A stretch of 64,000 nt of DNA from Eledone cirrhosa (GCA_964016885.1 OZ024742.1:251286001-251350000); one strand, 5' to 3'; counted from the stretch's first letter, positions 25,869-38,379 are shown. A program made the numbers and translations. Notes: generated by a model not told the origin, from the letters alone.

Positions 25869-27259
25869 CACACAAGCTTCTGGAAAGTTTCCATTTACCA
25901 AATTTCAATGACAAAGCATAAGTTAACATGGGACTATGGTAAAAGACACATGCCCAAAGTGGAAGGCACTGTGATTGAACCTGGAACCCAGTGGTTATAA
26001 AGGGAACTTCTTAATCATGCAGCCATTCGAATTACAATTCGACCTAGGGACTGCCTGTAAGAAAATTGTTGCAGAATCTACAAAAATAAAAACTTTGAAG
26101 GAATTTCATCTTTCCAGCCTTCTGTCACTTCAATAATATTTAACTCTGTTCACACACCACCAACAAAATCTTACACCAAATGATGATTGAGTTATGTTAT
26201 GATGAGTGCTTTTCCTACTATTGTATCATGGTTAGCGATACGGAATGACCTGTTCTATCCAGTGGTGAAACATCAACTTCAATGAATACATATACATATA
26301 TCTATATATTGGCAAAGCATAAATGAATTGAGAGAGAGACTGAGCATAAGAGGAATCAAATGCTGTGTGCAAGAGAGGAGGTTGCATTGGTATGGACATG
26401 TGATGCGTATGAAGGATGACAGCTGCATAAAAAGGTGCAGAGCACTAAAAGTTGATGGAAGCCATGGAGTGGGGAGACCCAAGAAGACCTGGGATGAGGT
26501 GATAAAAGCCGACCTTACCCAATTGCACCTCTGGCGTCATGCAGTGAAATAGAAGACCCGATTTCCCACGGGTACAAGCCGAAGCTGAAGCATATAGACA
26601 ATATGCCCCCATCCCCTCCCACTGCAAAGTGGTCGTGGAGGTGTCATGACAGAAATCACCCAGCCCACACTGTAAATGAGGTTGGTGTTAGGAAGGGCAT
26701 CCAGCTGTAGAAATCAAGCCAAATCAGTTCCCGTATGAGCAAGACAAGGTCATCCGACCTGGCACTGCCCACAGCAGGACAACCCATCTAACCCATGCTA
26801 GCGTAGTAGAATGGCCGTAAAACGGTGATGATGATGATGTTGATGATATATTGTGTTCAGTAAAAAATTTGTTTTGGCAAAAAAACAGGAGTAAGTAGGA
26901 GAAAGCTCTCTATATTCGTAGTGTATAGTTATGATGGAGATTCAGTATAGGAATAACATTAAGAAAACATTATATAAAGCGCTTATTACATAATCGCTTT
27001 ATGTAATCACACCATCTTTCTTAATGTTATATACTGAATATATATATATATAAATGACTTCTACAGGACCAGAACTGTTTCATTCATATGAAATCTTTAG
27101 GAAAGTCATTTCTATATAAAATAAAGATGCCTATACTCTACTAACATATTGAATACATTTTTTAACTCTCAATACCAAATATATGTATTTTTTTCTTGTT
27201 AAATATAAAACTGGGGTGAGAAAATAAAGAAACAAAGGATTTTGTTAATTCTATTTAAG

Positions 27260-27315
27260 GTGGAACACTGTTTGAATTACTGCAGAGTCGTAATGGGCAG
27301 CTTTTGGACGAAGAG
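27260..27315 (+). CDS. NEK8: NEK8 coding exon 3
   Basis: (G)GTLFELLQSRNGQLLDEE; AAG acceptor, GTCAGT donor. Confidence 0.9.
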
Positions 27316-28084
27316 GTCAGTGTTTCTATTTTTTAACCTTTCAATGTAATTTATATTAATGCTTTTGACTTTTCCTATTAGCATATAATTATCATCATCA
27401 TCATCGTTTTTCATCCATTTCTCATGCTTCTTTGGGTCAGTCAAGGTTTCACAGTCCTAGGCTAAACAGGTCAGAGGGGTATCTTAACTTGGTCATACAT
27501 TCCATATTTTAGGCATGGTTTTTAGAGTTATATGCCATTCCTACCAAATGTCAACCGTATGATGATGATGACATATATGTATATGTATAGATGTAGGAAA
27601 CGAGTCAGGATTCCGACAGCTGAAGCCCGGCCGTTTCAACAGGTAGATCCGTACCTGTCAAAACGGCCAGAGCTCAGCCATCGGGGTCGTGACTCTTTTC
27701 CTATTACCCACTCTACTACCCTAAGTATTGAGTACTCTGGTGAGTTATGGTCCACCTGGTATCTTACTACACCCTCTTTGTTATGTATATATATATACAT
27801 ACTGCAAAGTGGTTGGCATTAGGATGGGTATCCAGCAATAGAAAGCAAGCCAAAAGCAGACTGTACGGGCAAGATGTGGTCACTAGACTAATCTAACCTC
27901 AGTATATGACACCCTGTCTAAATCATCTAAGCATGGAAAATAGATGTTAAACTGTGATGGTGATGATAAGGCGCGACTTCCCACGGGCACAGGCCGAAGC
28001 TGAGGCATATATATATATTATGCACCACCCCATACATTTCCCATGAGGACAAGCTGAAGTATTCATCCATTGAAGTCTCCAGCC

Positions 28085-28340
28085 CTCAATGTAAAGTGGT
28101 TATGATGGCGACACAGCAAAAAGGTGCCCAGCCCACACTGTAAAGTGGTCATGTTGGCAACACGGTAAAAAGGTGCCCAGCCCACACTGTAAAGTGGTCT
28201 CGTAATGGCGACACGGCAAAAAGTGTGCAGCCCACACTGTAAAGTGGTCATGTAGATATCATGGTAAAAAGTACCCAGTCCGAAATGTGAAGTGGTCGTG
28301 TAGGCGTCATGACAAAAAGCACCCAGTACTCACTGTAAAA
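28085..28340. repeat. About 49-bp tandem repeat within a dispersed repeat
   Basis: About 5 degenerate copies of CAGCCCACACTGTAAAGTGGTC...AAAAAGGTGCC. Confidence 0.75.
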
Positions 28341-28851
28341 TAGGTTGGTGCTTGGAAGGGCATCCAGCTGTAGAAACCAAGCCAAAATCAGTTCTGTATG
28401 AGCAAAGACATGGTCACCTGACCTGGCATTGCTCACAATGGGATAACTCATCTAACCCATGCCAGCATGGAAAAATGGACGTTAAACATGATGATGATGG
28501 TGATGATAATATATATGTGTGTGTGTGAGATATCCACTTAGTTTAACTAAATAAGATGGTAGAAGCTGAATGTGTTGCTATAACTATTAATCATGCAGAT
28601 CAAATAAATCCAAGGTAAACTCCTGGAAGTAAGATCCTGTTGATGTTATTACCCATTATATTGTGCTTTTTATTTTTATTTTTATACTCCACTCTAAGAG
28701 ACACTTTTACTTTTATTATTCTTGATGGGGTGATCAGGGAAAGTAATTAATTAATCAAAATTATCGATTATGGATTGCTTCTCCTTGTCACTGAAACATT
28801 TGTAGAATAATAAAAGTTGTTTTAAATCCCTAAAAGCCTTTGTTTTTCCTT

Positions 28852-28893
<42 letters not shown>

Positions 28894-28897
<4 letters not shown>

Positions 28898-29426
28898 GGT
28901 GCTTCAAAAAGTTTGTGGAAAATGAACTATAAATCATATGCAGGGATTTTGATCTCGATGCATCTGTATGTATTGACGTGTTATAACATGTTCTAACATG
29001 AACCGTTAAATGCATGCTGCAACGCGCCACTGCCAGCCTGAAGTCAGCACCTGCTTGAGCAGCATGGCCTCCATGAAGACATCAAGTTCATGATGAAGCT
29101 AGGGTGGAAGAGCAGCCAAATCATTGACCCTCTGGAGCAAGTTTATGGGGACAATTCCCCAACGAAATCAACAACCTGCAAATGGATGTCATTTTAGAAG
29201 TTGAAGAGATGAGAGATGATCTCCAGTTGAAGATGTAAAAAAAGCTGCTTTGACATGGTTTAAATCGCATGGTCCTCAGTTTTACACAGATGGTCTTAAA
29301 GGCTGTATCAATGCTTACAGAAATGTATTAACCTAGATGGAGAACTATATGTTGAAAAATAAACATCATAACTTAAACCATTTTTACCAACTGTCCTTTT
29401 TCTGTGAACTTTTTGAAGCCCCCTCA
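28894..29426 (+). mobile_element. Second internally deleted mariner-type element
   Basis: TIRs TGAGGGTGCTTCAAAAAGTT / AACTTTTTGAAGCCCCCTCA in TA context; remnant IKFMMKLGWKSSQIIDPLEQVYGDNSP and C-terminal QCLQKCINLDG. Confidence 0.8.
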
Positions 29427-29484
29427 TATATATATATATATGGTATAGCAAACCACATTAGACACTGGAATAGGTCCTTTATTT

Positions 29485-29522
29485 TCCTCAGAAGAAGAGA
29501 TATTAATCTCGAAATATCAGGA
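29485..29522 (+). ncRNA. Candidate minimal hammerhead ribozyme with one core substitution
   Basis: TCCT-CAGAAGA-A-GAGAT-ATTA-ATCTC-GAAA-TA-TC-AGGA; U4 replaced by A; AUC triplet. Confidence 0.45.
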
Positions 29523-29685
29523 CATATGAATAAATTAAGGTAAAAAAAACAACCTGTTTCTTGTCATTCAATTATTTTCTGCCCAAACCTGCATCATTGT
29601 GGCTTTCAAATTTCAAATTCTTTATATATATACGTATATATATATATATATATATAGTTATGTAATAAACAACATAAGGCAATTA

Positions 29686-29746
29686 TTTCATTTACCAGTG
29701 GTTTCTTAAAAGCAAACAAATTTTGCTTTCAATCATCAGAATGAAA
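29686..29746 (-). ncRNA. Candidate type-I hammerhead ribozyme with intact core (mirror copy 36103-36163 on + carries G12A)
   Basis: Minus strand: TTTCATT-CTGATGA-TTGAAAGCAAA-ATTTG-TTTGCTTTTAA-GAAA-CCACTGG-TA-AATGAAA. Stem I 7 bp, stem II 11 bp, stem III 3 bp, GUA triplet. Confidence 0.75.
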
Positions 29747-29974
29747 AAATCCTGGTGTATTTATTGACATTGGATTTTAAAAACAAAAATATAATCTATA
29801 TGAAAGTGAGGCTGGAAAAGGAAGAAGGAAAGGAAAAATAAACACACATGCACACACACACACACAATTACATACACACACATATATACATGTGTATGTA
29901 TGTGTATATATATGTATATATATATACACATATCAGTGTCACACACAAATATACACACGCACACACACACACAC

Positions 29975-30004
<30 letters not shown>

Positions 30005-30009
<5 letters not shown>

Positions 30010-31570
30010 AAGTGAGTCCTTCATCAGTGACCCTCCAACCGTCCTCGGCATTTCATCGCTTTAAGGGCCATATGCCTCAGGTTGGTGCGAACAACGGCTA
30101 AAAAAAGTCGTTGGGACACGTAAATAAAGGGGGACGCTAGAGTAACAACAAAAAGGTTTAAGCAACGGAAAGTGAGTAGAAATAGACAAGTCCCAGATCT
30201 CTATGAATATAAACTCTGTGAAATCGTGAACAAGAGACGAAAGACCATCAGACCTGGTTGAAATGTGAGCAAGGAAAGAATTTCGCCCAAGTTTGACGGG
30301 GGGGAAAAAAGAGAGAGAGAGAGAGAAAGAAAAAGGAGAGAAGAGGAAGAAGAAGAAGAAGAAGAAGAAGAAGATAAGGGGGTCTGGTCTACGAATTCGG
30401 TAAACGCAAGTTTTGTGAAGTCGCAGACGAAAGAGAGAGAGAAAAAAATTCCATACCAGCTCGGTCAAGACTGCGCGAGAAAAGAATTACACACAGGTCA
30501 AACTTGAAGGAGGAGGAGGAGAGGTAGTGACAGAGAATGAGTGAGTGAAAGTTGAGGAGAGGGTAACAGAGAGGGAGACTGCTAGAAGTGGTAAAGATAC
30601 AAGGAACGAAACAGACGAAGGCATATACACACACACACAAATACAACAGAAGCATATAAAATACAATTATATACACACATATACATACAGATATATAAAC
30701 ATACATACACTCATACATATACATACATATATATATATATATATATACATATATACACATATGCGCAACACACACACACACAGAAATAAATATCTAAAAA
30801 TAAAAAAGATGGGTATGTGAAGGGTAAGGTAGAAAGTAGGGGGGAAAAATAAGGAAAATAAATGACATAGGAAAAGGTTTAAATATAAGGGGAGATAAGG
30901 GAGAAAAAGAATATAAGAGTACAGAAAGTGAATTCAGAAGGTAAAAAAATCGTAGTGGATGTAAGGCGTAGAGAGCAGAGAAGTTCAGGGTGGTTGAGTT
31001 ATCGTAGGAATGTCAATCCAGTTACAGATCAGATGTGATTTCAGGTGAGGACAACATCTGAAGATCTCAGTCTTGGGGTTCAGGCAAGCTGAAGTGGCTT
31101 TCAAGTTTTGTAAAATTTAGGATTTTACAAAACTTGAAAGCCACTTCAGCTTGCCTGAACCCCAAGACAGATCCTCACCTGAAATCACATCTGATCTGTA
31201 ACTGGATTGACATTCCTACGATAACTCAACCACCCTGAACTTCTCTGCTCTCTACGCCTTACATCCACTACGATTTTTTTACCTTCTGAATTCACTTTCT
31301 GTACTCTTATATTCTTTTTCTCCCTTATCTCCCCTTATATTTAAACCTTTTCCTATGTCATTTATTTTCCTTATTTTTCCCCCCTACTTTCTACCTTACC
31401 CTTCACATACCGACTTTTTTTATTTTTATATATTTATTTTTCTGTGTGTGTGTGTTGCACATATATGTATATATGTATGTGTGTATGTATGCTTATATAT
31501 CTGTATGTATATGTATGTGTGTATATAATTGTATTTTATATGCTTCTGTTGTATTTGTGTGTGTGTATAT
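30005..31570. mobile_element. Second fold-back Penelope-like 3' end; inner palindrome about 30620-31570 with 5-nt loop (31117-31121)
   Basis: Arms are reverse complements. Left arm, minus frame 30985-31116: ILQNLKATSACLNPKTEIFRCCPHLKSHLICNWIDIPTITQPP*, resembling the 'EKxxI..LNxRSE..CxH..L' tail of PLE GIY-YIG proteins. Right arm has a net 15-nt in-frame deletion. Confidence 0.7.
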
Positions 31571-34500
31571 ATCATCATCATCATCATCATCATCATTTTA
31601 CGTCCGCTTTTCCCTGCTTGCAAGGGTGGGACGGGTCTTATTCAGCACAGCATCTCTCCACTCGTCACGGTCCCTCGTCATCTCCACCGTGAGCTTCAAT
31701 GATCTGAGGTCTGTTCTCACCACCTCCGCCCATGTTTTTCGTGGTCTACCTCTACCACGTCTTCCTTCAACTGGCATTTCCTGGCACTTCTTCACCCATC
31801 GGTCATCCTCCATGCGCATCACATGTCCATACCACCTCAGTCTCCTCTCCCGTACACTACATTCTATCCCTCTCAGACACAGTTTCTCTCTCAACACATT
31901 TATGCTGGGTCGTTCACGCACATTTACACTGCACATCCAACGGAGCATGCTTGCCTCATTTCTCTCCAGCCGTCGCATATCTTCTGCGGTAGCTGCCCAT
32001 GTCTCACTACCATGCAGCATCGCGCTCCTCACACAGGCATCATACAACCGGCCTTTCGTACGCAGGGAGAAACCCTTCTTCGTCAACAGAGGAAGCAGCT
32101 CCCTAAACTTCTTCCAACCCGTCCTTATTCTAGATACTATGGCCTCGGAACACCCTCCTCCCATGCTAATCTGATCTCCTAGGTACCGGAAGCTATCCAC
32201 CACTTCTATAGCGCCCTCTCGCATTTGAAAAATGTGTCTATCAGTGCGACTTCTACTGTCTAATTTCCCTGTACATCTACTGCATACATAGTTCTCCCTA
32301 CCTGTTAGTTTGCCTGCTATCCCGCTACATCTCTTGTGTACCCAGGACCTACATTGTGTGCATTTTATAGAATTTATGCCAGTTCCTTTTCTGCATATCG
32401 AACATGGCCATTTCCCTGACGGAATCAGGGTTTTGTCCTCTTTTCTACTCATCAACACTTTTGTCTTAGCTAGATTTACTCTCAGTCCTCTTGCTTCCAA
32501 CTGCTGTTTCCATAGCCGGAATTTATTCTCTAGCTCCTCTACTGATTCTGCCATAAGAGCCAGATCGTCAGCATAGAGAAGTTCCCATGGACAGCCAGTC
32601 TTAAACTCCTCTGTTATGGCTTGGAGGACTATAATGAACAAGAGCGGGCTGAGGACCGAACCCTGATGTACTCCTACTTGTATCTGGAATTCCTCACTAA
32701 ACTCCATTCCTACCCTGACTTTACTGAGAGTACCTCTGTACAAAGTTTGCACTGTCCTTACAAGCCATTCCTCAACACCCAGCTTCCTTAGGGACCACCA
32801 GATGACAGATCGGGGTACCCTATCAAAGGCCTTCTCTAGGTCAACAAAGGCCAAGTATAGTGGCTTATTCTTCTCTAAGAACCTCTCTTGCATTTGTCTC
32901 ACCAAGAAGAGGGCATCTGTTGTACTCTTCCCAGGCACAAAACCAAACTGCATCTCATCTAGTTTGACCCTTTCTCTAATTAGTTGTGCTAAAATCCTTT
33001 CTGCCACTTTCATAACCTGATCTATCAGTTTTATACCCCTATAATTGCTCCTCTCCAAAGCATCCCCTTTACCTTTGTAGCAATTTATGAGAATACTGCT
33101 GCACCAGTCTTTGGGTATGACACCACCATATATAGCCTGATTGATTATGCGTGCAACCAGTTTAGTGCCTACGTCCCCTGATGCCTTCAGCATCTCAGCA
33201 ACTATTCCCGATGGTCCGGCCGCCTTACCATTTTTCATTTCCCTAATCGCCTCTTGGACCCTATATTCGTCAATCTCAATAGCTGGTCCCTCTGTCGGAT
33301 CTACCAAGGGTAATTTCTCTCTCTCCCATTCGTTCTCCACATTCATCAGTCTCTCATAATGACATTTCCAGGCCTCCTTTTTCTGGTCATTCGTGACACT
33401 AAGTACACCGGCATCATCCCGGACACATTTATCACCAACAACATCCTGATTTGCATTGACACACTGCCTTGCAATGTGGAACACCGCACGCCTCTGATCT
33501 TCCCGTCGCAGAACATTGGCAAACCTCCTACTCTCTGCCTCCCTGCGTGCTAAGTACACCTGACGTCTAGCTTCTCTCTTAGTGGCTGTATATTCTTCCC
33601 TACTCCCACCCTTATTCCAAGCCTTCCATGCTAGTCTTTTGTCTCTAATAGCCTTATCTACACTGCTGTTCCACCACCAGGTCACTCTCTGTCTGGTTGG
33701 AGCTCTGCTCCAGCCACAGGTTTCATCAGTAGCCTTCAGCAAGTTGTCACGTAAGAACTTCCAGTTATTATCTATGTCATACGTCTCTAAATCGTCTTCT
33801 TTTTCGTCATATACATCTTGAAGGGCTTTCCTAAATTTGAATTTTAGTGAAAGGTCTTTTAGCTTCCAGACCTTTCTTCTCCACACCTTCCTATATGTCT
33901 CATTCCATCTCTTGCTTACTGAGATATCACTAACAACTAACCTATGCTGTGGGGTACATTCTTCCCCAGGGTATGCCTTGGTATTAGACACTATCTGCCT
34001 GTCCCGCTGCCTAACTAGCAGGAAGTCAATCTGGCTTATGTGCTCACCAGATTTGTAGGTTATTAGGTGATTGGCAGGTTTCTGGAAGTTTGTGTTGCAA
34101 ATAGTCAATGTACTTGCATCACAAAATTCAAGAAGTCTCACTCCTTCTTCATTTCTTGAACCGTAACCGTGCCCACCATGTACCCCAGTGTAACCATCCT
34201 GGAGCTGTCCAACATGACCATTGAAGTCTCCTGCTAGCATAACGATGTCTCCGTCCTCTGTCATTGTGGTTGTTTGCAAAAGTTGCTCATAAAAGCAGTC
34301 TTTCTCATCTTTGCCTAGGCCTGCTTGGGGAGCATAGACCGAGATGATTGTCAGTAGTCTCCTACCTACAACTAATCTAAGCTTAATTATTCGATTACTA
34401 ACTCGAACTACCTCTATTGTCTTATTGATCCATTTCTCAGCCAGGAAAATGCCTACTCCCCCTAACCCATCATCCTTACCTACCCAGAATAGCTTATAGC

Positions 34501-34593
34501 TAAGACGCTTGCCTACGACTAGTCTCGCAGAGGCACCCCTCCATCTCACCTCTTGCACGCAGCACACATCCACCTGCCTTCTCTCCAGCATCT
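31571..34593 (-). mobile_element. 5'-truncated RTE-clade LINE with uninterrupted ORF 31598-34591 (partial APE endonuclease, RT, PHD-like finger)
   Basis: VCCVQE, YAPQ, GDFNGH, SQIDF; RT motifs NYRGIKL, FVDLEKAFD, GVHQGSVLSP, LLYADD, FRYLG; RTE C-terminus RRLRWYGHVMR..GRPRKTW; (GAT)n tail at 31571-31596. Confidence 0.95.
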
Positions 34594-35057
34594 ATATATA
34601 TATATAATGTGTGTGTGTGTGTGCGTGTGTATATTTGTGTGTGTGTATTTTTATATAATTGTTTTTGTGTGTATATATATAATAGCCTCAGAAACGGCTT
34701 GAGCTCTGCCGTGGGGTCATACTTTTTCCTATATGTGTATATTTATACGTATATGTATGTATATGTGTGTGTATTTGTATGGTTGTGTGTGTGTGTGTAT
34801 ATATATATATATGTATGTGATTATGTATATGCATAATTACATACAGTGATTTATTGCTTATTTTCATTGATCATTTGCTCCAGGAACTTGTTGAGTGCTC
34901 TAATCAGCTATATACATTTATACCCTTTTCTAATTATTTATTTATTTATTATTTGTCGTATTCCCAACTTTTTATTTTTATATATATATATTATTTATGT
35001 ATTTTCTTATATATATATATATGTGTGTGTATGTATGTATGTGTATATATATGTGTG

Positions 35058-35095
<38 letters not shown>

Positions 35096-35329
35096 AAAAA
35101 CATGAGAAGAAAGAATACTGCATGGTTGCACATGGGTTACATATGATAAAAATAGTCCTTCGTCAGTGATTTTCTAACCTTCATTGGTATTTCATCGCTA
35201 TATATATATATGTATATATATATTTAAGAGTTAAACAAGGTTCATATGAATACATCTAAGAATGAGTTTTACACACATACATATGTGTGTGTATGTATTT
35301 GTATGTATGTATGTGTTTGTCTATATGTA

Positions 35330-35424
<95 letters not shown>

Positions 35425-36256
35425 GTGTGTGTGTGTATGTATATGTGTATGTGTATGTGTATATGTATATGTATGTGTGTGTGTGTGTATGTATTTATTT
35501 TTACGTATGTATGTGTATGTGCAATTGTGTGTATTGCTTACCACGTGTGTTTGTTCATTTATTTGTTGCCTGTATCGCTGTCAACATTATTATAGTCTTT
35601 ATATTCATTTTTATTCTTATGTGACGGTATTTTTATTATTATATTTTTTCTTATAATTATTTGTGTGTGTAGGTGTGTGTACATATATCTATATTTGTGC
35701 ATGCGTATGTATGCATGTATATATGTGTGTATGTATGTGTGTGTATGCACGTATGTATATATGTATGATTGTGTGTATGTATGTATATATATGTATATAT
35801 ATATATATATGCATGTGTGTGTGTGTGCGTGTTTGTGTATTTGTGTGTATGTGTATGTATGGATATGTTGATATATATATGTGTGTATGTATGTATGTAT
35901 GTGTATATGTATGTAGATATATATATACATATATATGTGTGTGTGTGTATGTATGTGTATATATATATGTGTGTATGTACTTGTGTGTGTGTGTGTGTGT
36001 GCATGTGTGTTTATTTTTCCTTTCCTTCCTTTTCCAGCCTCACTTTCATATAGATTATATTTTTGTTTTTAAAATCCAATGTCAATAAATACACCGGGAT
36101 TTTTTCATTCTGATGATTGAAAGCAAAATTTGTTTGCTTTTAAAAAACCACTGGTAAATTAAATAATTGCCTTATGTTGTTTATTACATAACTATTAAGC
36201 TCTGTAACCTACATAGAGCACTCTTTTTTCCTGGACCGTTCCGACGGAATTACTTC

Positions 36257-36315
<59 letters not shown>

Positions 36316-36423
36316 ATTTTACATATCTCTAGCCCCACTCTGCATCTCCCCATGCATTGAGTATTCCCATGATTAGTGGTCTTCTTGGTTTCAGCACCGC
36401 AGACTCTATATATAATCATGTAT

Positions 36424-36481
<58 letters not shown>

Positions 36482-36485
<4 letters not shown>

Positions 36486-37655
36486 CATGCTCAGTGTGTA
36501 GGAAAGGAGTAGGTAGAAACTCCATTTTATGTCCCAAATGAAAAGTATGGGTGCATAAAAGATGTAGTGGAATCACAGGTAAGCTAACTAAGAACATAGA
36601 TTTTATATGTGGCCGGTGCTCTGGTGCAATAAGTAGCAGCAAGTGCCCACAGAATACTAGCTCATTCCATTGCACAGATGGTTCTATAGAAATAATGGAC
36701 ACCTTCCGTTACTTGGGTGACAAAATCAGCAGTGGGGGAGGGTGCTCTGAAAGTACAGTAGCTAGAGTCAGAACTGGATGGAAAAAGTTCAGAGAGCTTA
36801 TACCACTATTAGCCGCTAAAGGGTTCTCTCTAAAAATGAAAGGCAGGCTGTATGATGCCTGCATACAAACAGCAATGTTACATGGCAGTGTACCTGGGCA
36901 TTGTGTGCAGAGGATATACGCAGACTGGAGAGGAACGAAGCTTGCATGCTCCGCTGGATGTGTAATAGTAATATACGTGAAAGGCAAAGCATAAACGAAC
37001 TAAGGGAAAAATTAGAAATAAGAGGGATCAGATGTTGTTTACTCGAGAGAAGACTACGTTGGTATGGTCACGTGATGCGCATGAAAGACGACAGCTGTAT
37101 AAAAAGTGCAGCGCTATAAAAATAGACGGTAGCCACGGAGTAGGCAGACCCAGAAAAACCTGGGACGACTTGATAAATTCCGACCTCACACACTTACACC
37201 TCTTCAAGACAATGTCACTGGACCGAGATCTTTGGCGCTACACAGTAATACAGAAGACCTGCCTTACCTAAGTACAAAGTGAAACCTACTACAGTCAGTA
37301 GGCACCTCTAACAAAAATACACCCCCATCCCACTACCCCCACCCCACCCACACCGCCCCTTTCAATGTAAAATTATGTTGGTACCACAACATCCAGTCCG
37401 AAACAAATGAGGTCGTGTAGGTGTCACGACAAAAAAACACAGTCCATGCTGTAATGTGGCCATGTAGATAACACGGTAAAAACCTCCCAGCCCCACACTG
37501 TAAATGTGGTTGGTGTTAGGAAGGGCATCCAGCTGTAGAAAACCCGCCAGACAGTCATATGCGAGCAAGACAACCACTCTTGCCTCAAGTGGGAAAACTC
37601 CCGTCGAAACCCATGCAAGTGTGGAAGATGGACGTTAAACGATGATGATGATGAT
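36482..37655 (+). mobile_element. RTE LINE 3' fragment with 3' UTR (close relative at 51611-52232)
   Basis: WPCSVCRKG..HKRCSG..CGRC, FRYLG, RRLRWYGHVMR; frameshifts; GAT tail. Confidence 0.85.
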
Positions 37656-38379
37656 ATATAGTTTAGGGATTCTAACGTCAACTTACTGTAGGTTCACCAA
37701 AGTGAGCTCTCGATGCATAGTCTCCTGTATGTACTATGGGGTTGTAAAAGGCAGTGTAATAATAATAATTGTTTCTATATTTGGTACAAGGCCAGCAATT
37801 ATCCCAGTGTATTACTGGTGCTTTATTTTATCGACCTCGTAAGGATGAAAGGCAAAGTTAACCTTGGCAGGATTTGAACTCAGATCGTAAAGGGGCGTAA
37901 CTATATCCTGCAAAGCATGGCGTCCAACATTCTACCAATACTGTCAATAATAATAATAATAAGAAGAATATTTATGAGGTGTCAAATTTTTATTACGTTT
38001 ATTGACGCACGTTACACCTCAACAAACATAATGAAAATTTGACACCTCATTCATATTATATATAACAGTGTAATATTAAATATATGTATATGATACACAA
38101 TTGTAAGTTTATTAAAGTTTGGTGAAAAAGAAACCGAATATTACTTATTCCATCTATAAAAAACAATGGGTTATGTACTAGTGTATAATAATAATAATAA
38201 TTATAATAATAATAATTGTTTCTACTTTTGGCACAAGGCCAGCAATTACCTAGTACATTACTGGTACTTTATTTTATTGACCCCGTAAGGATGAAAGGCA
38301 AAGTTAACCTCGACGGGATTTGAACTCAGACTGTAAAGGGACGTAACTATGCTAGAAAGCATGGCCTCCAAAATAATAA

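Larger units (their letters stand above)
29655..36195. repeat. Outer inverted repeat (29655-30003 versus 34594-34645 plus about 35960-36195) enclosing nested insertions
   Basis: About 210 bp of unique sequence (TAGTTATGTAATAAACAACATAAGGC...) recurs reverse-complemented at 35990-36195. A 40-nt compound microsatellite junction at 29941-29980 is mirrored exactly at about 34602-34641. Confidence 0.85.

Noticed and set aside
31117-31121. TTAGG loop as a telomeric repeat
   Set aside because: Single 5-mer, better explained as in-frame coding sequence (TTT AGG) of the element.
34609-36088. Cluster of VCVY/IYIY/THTH ORFs
   Set aside because: Translations of TA/TG microsatellite.
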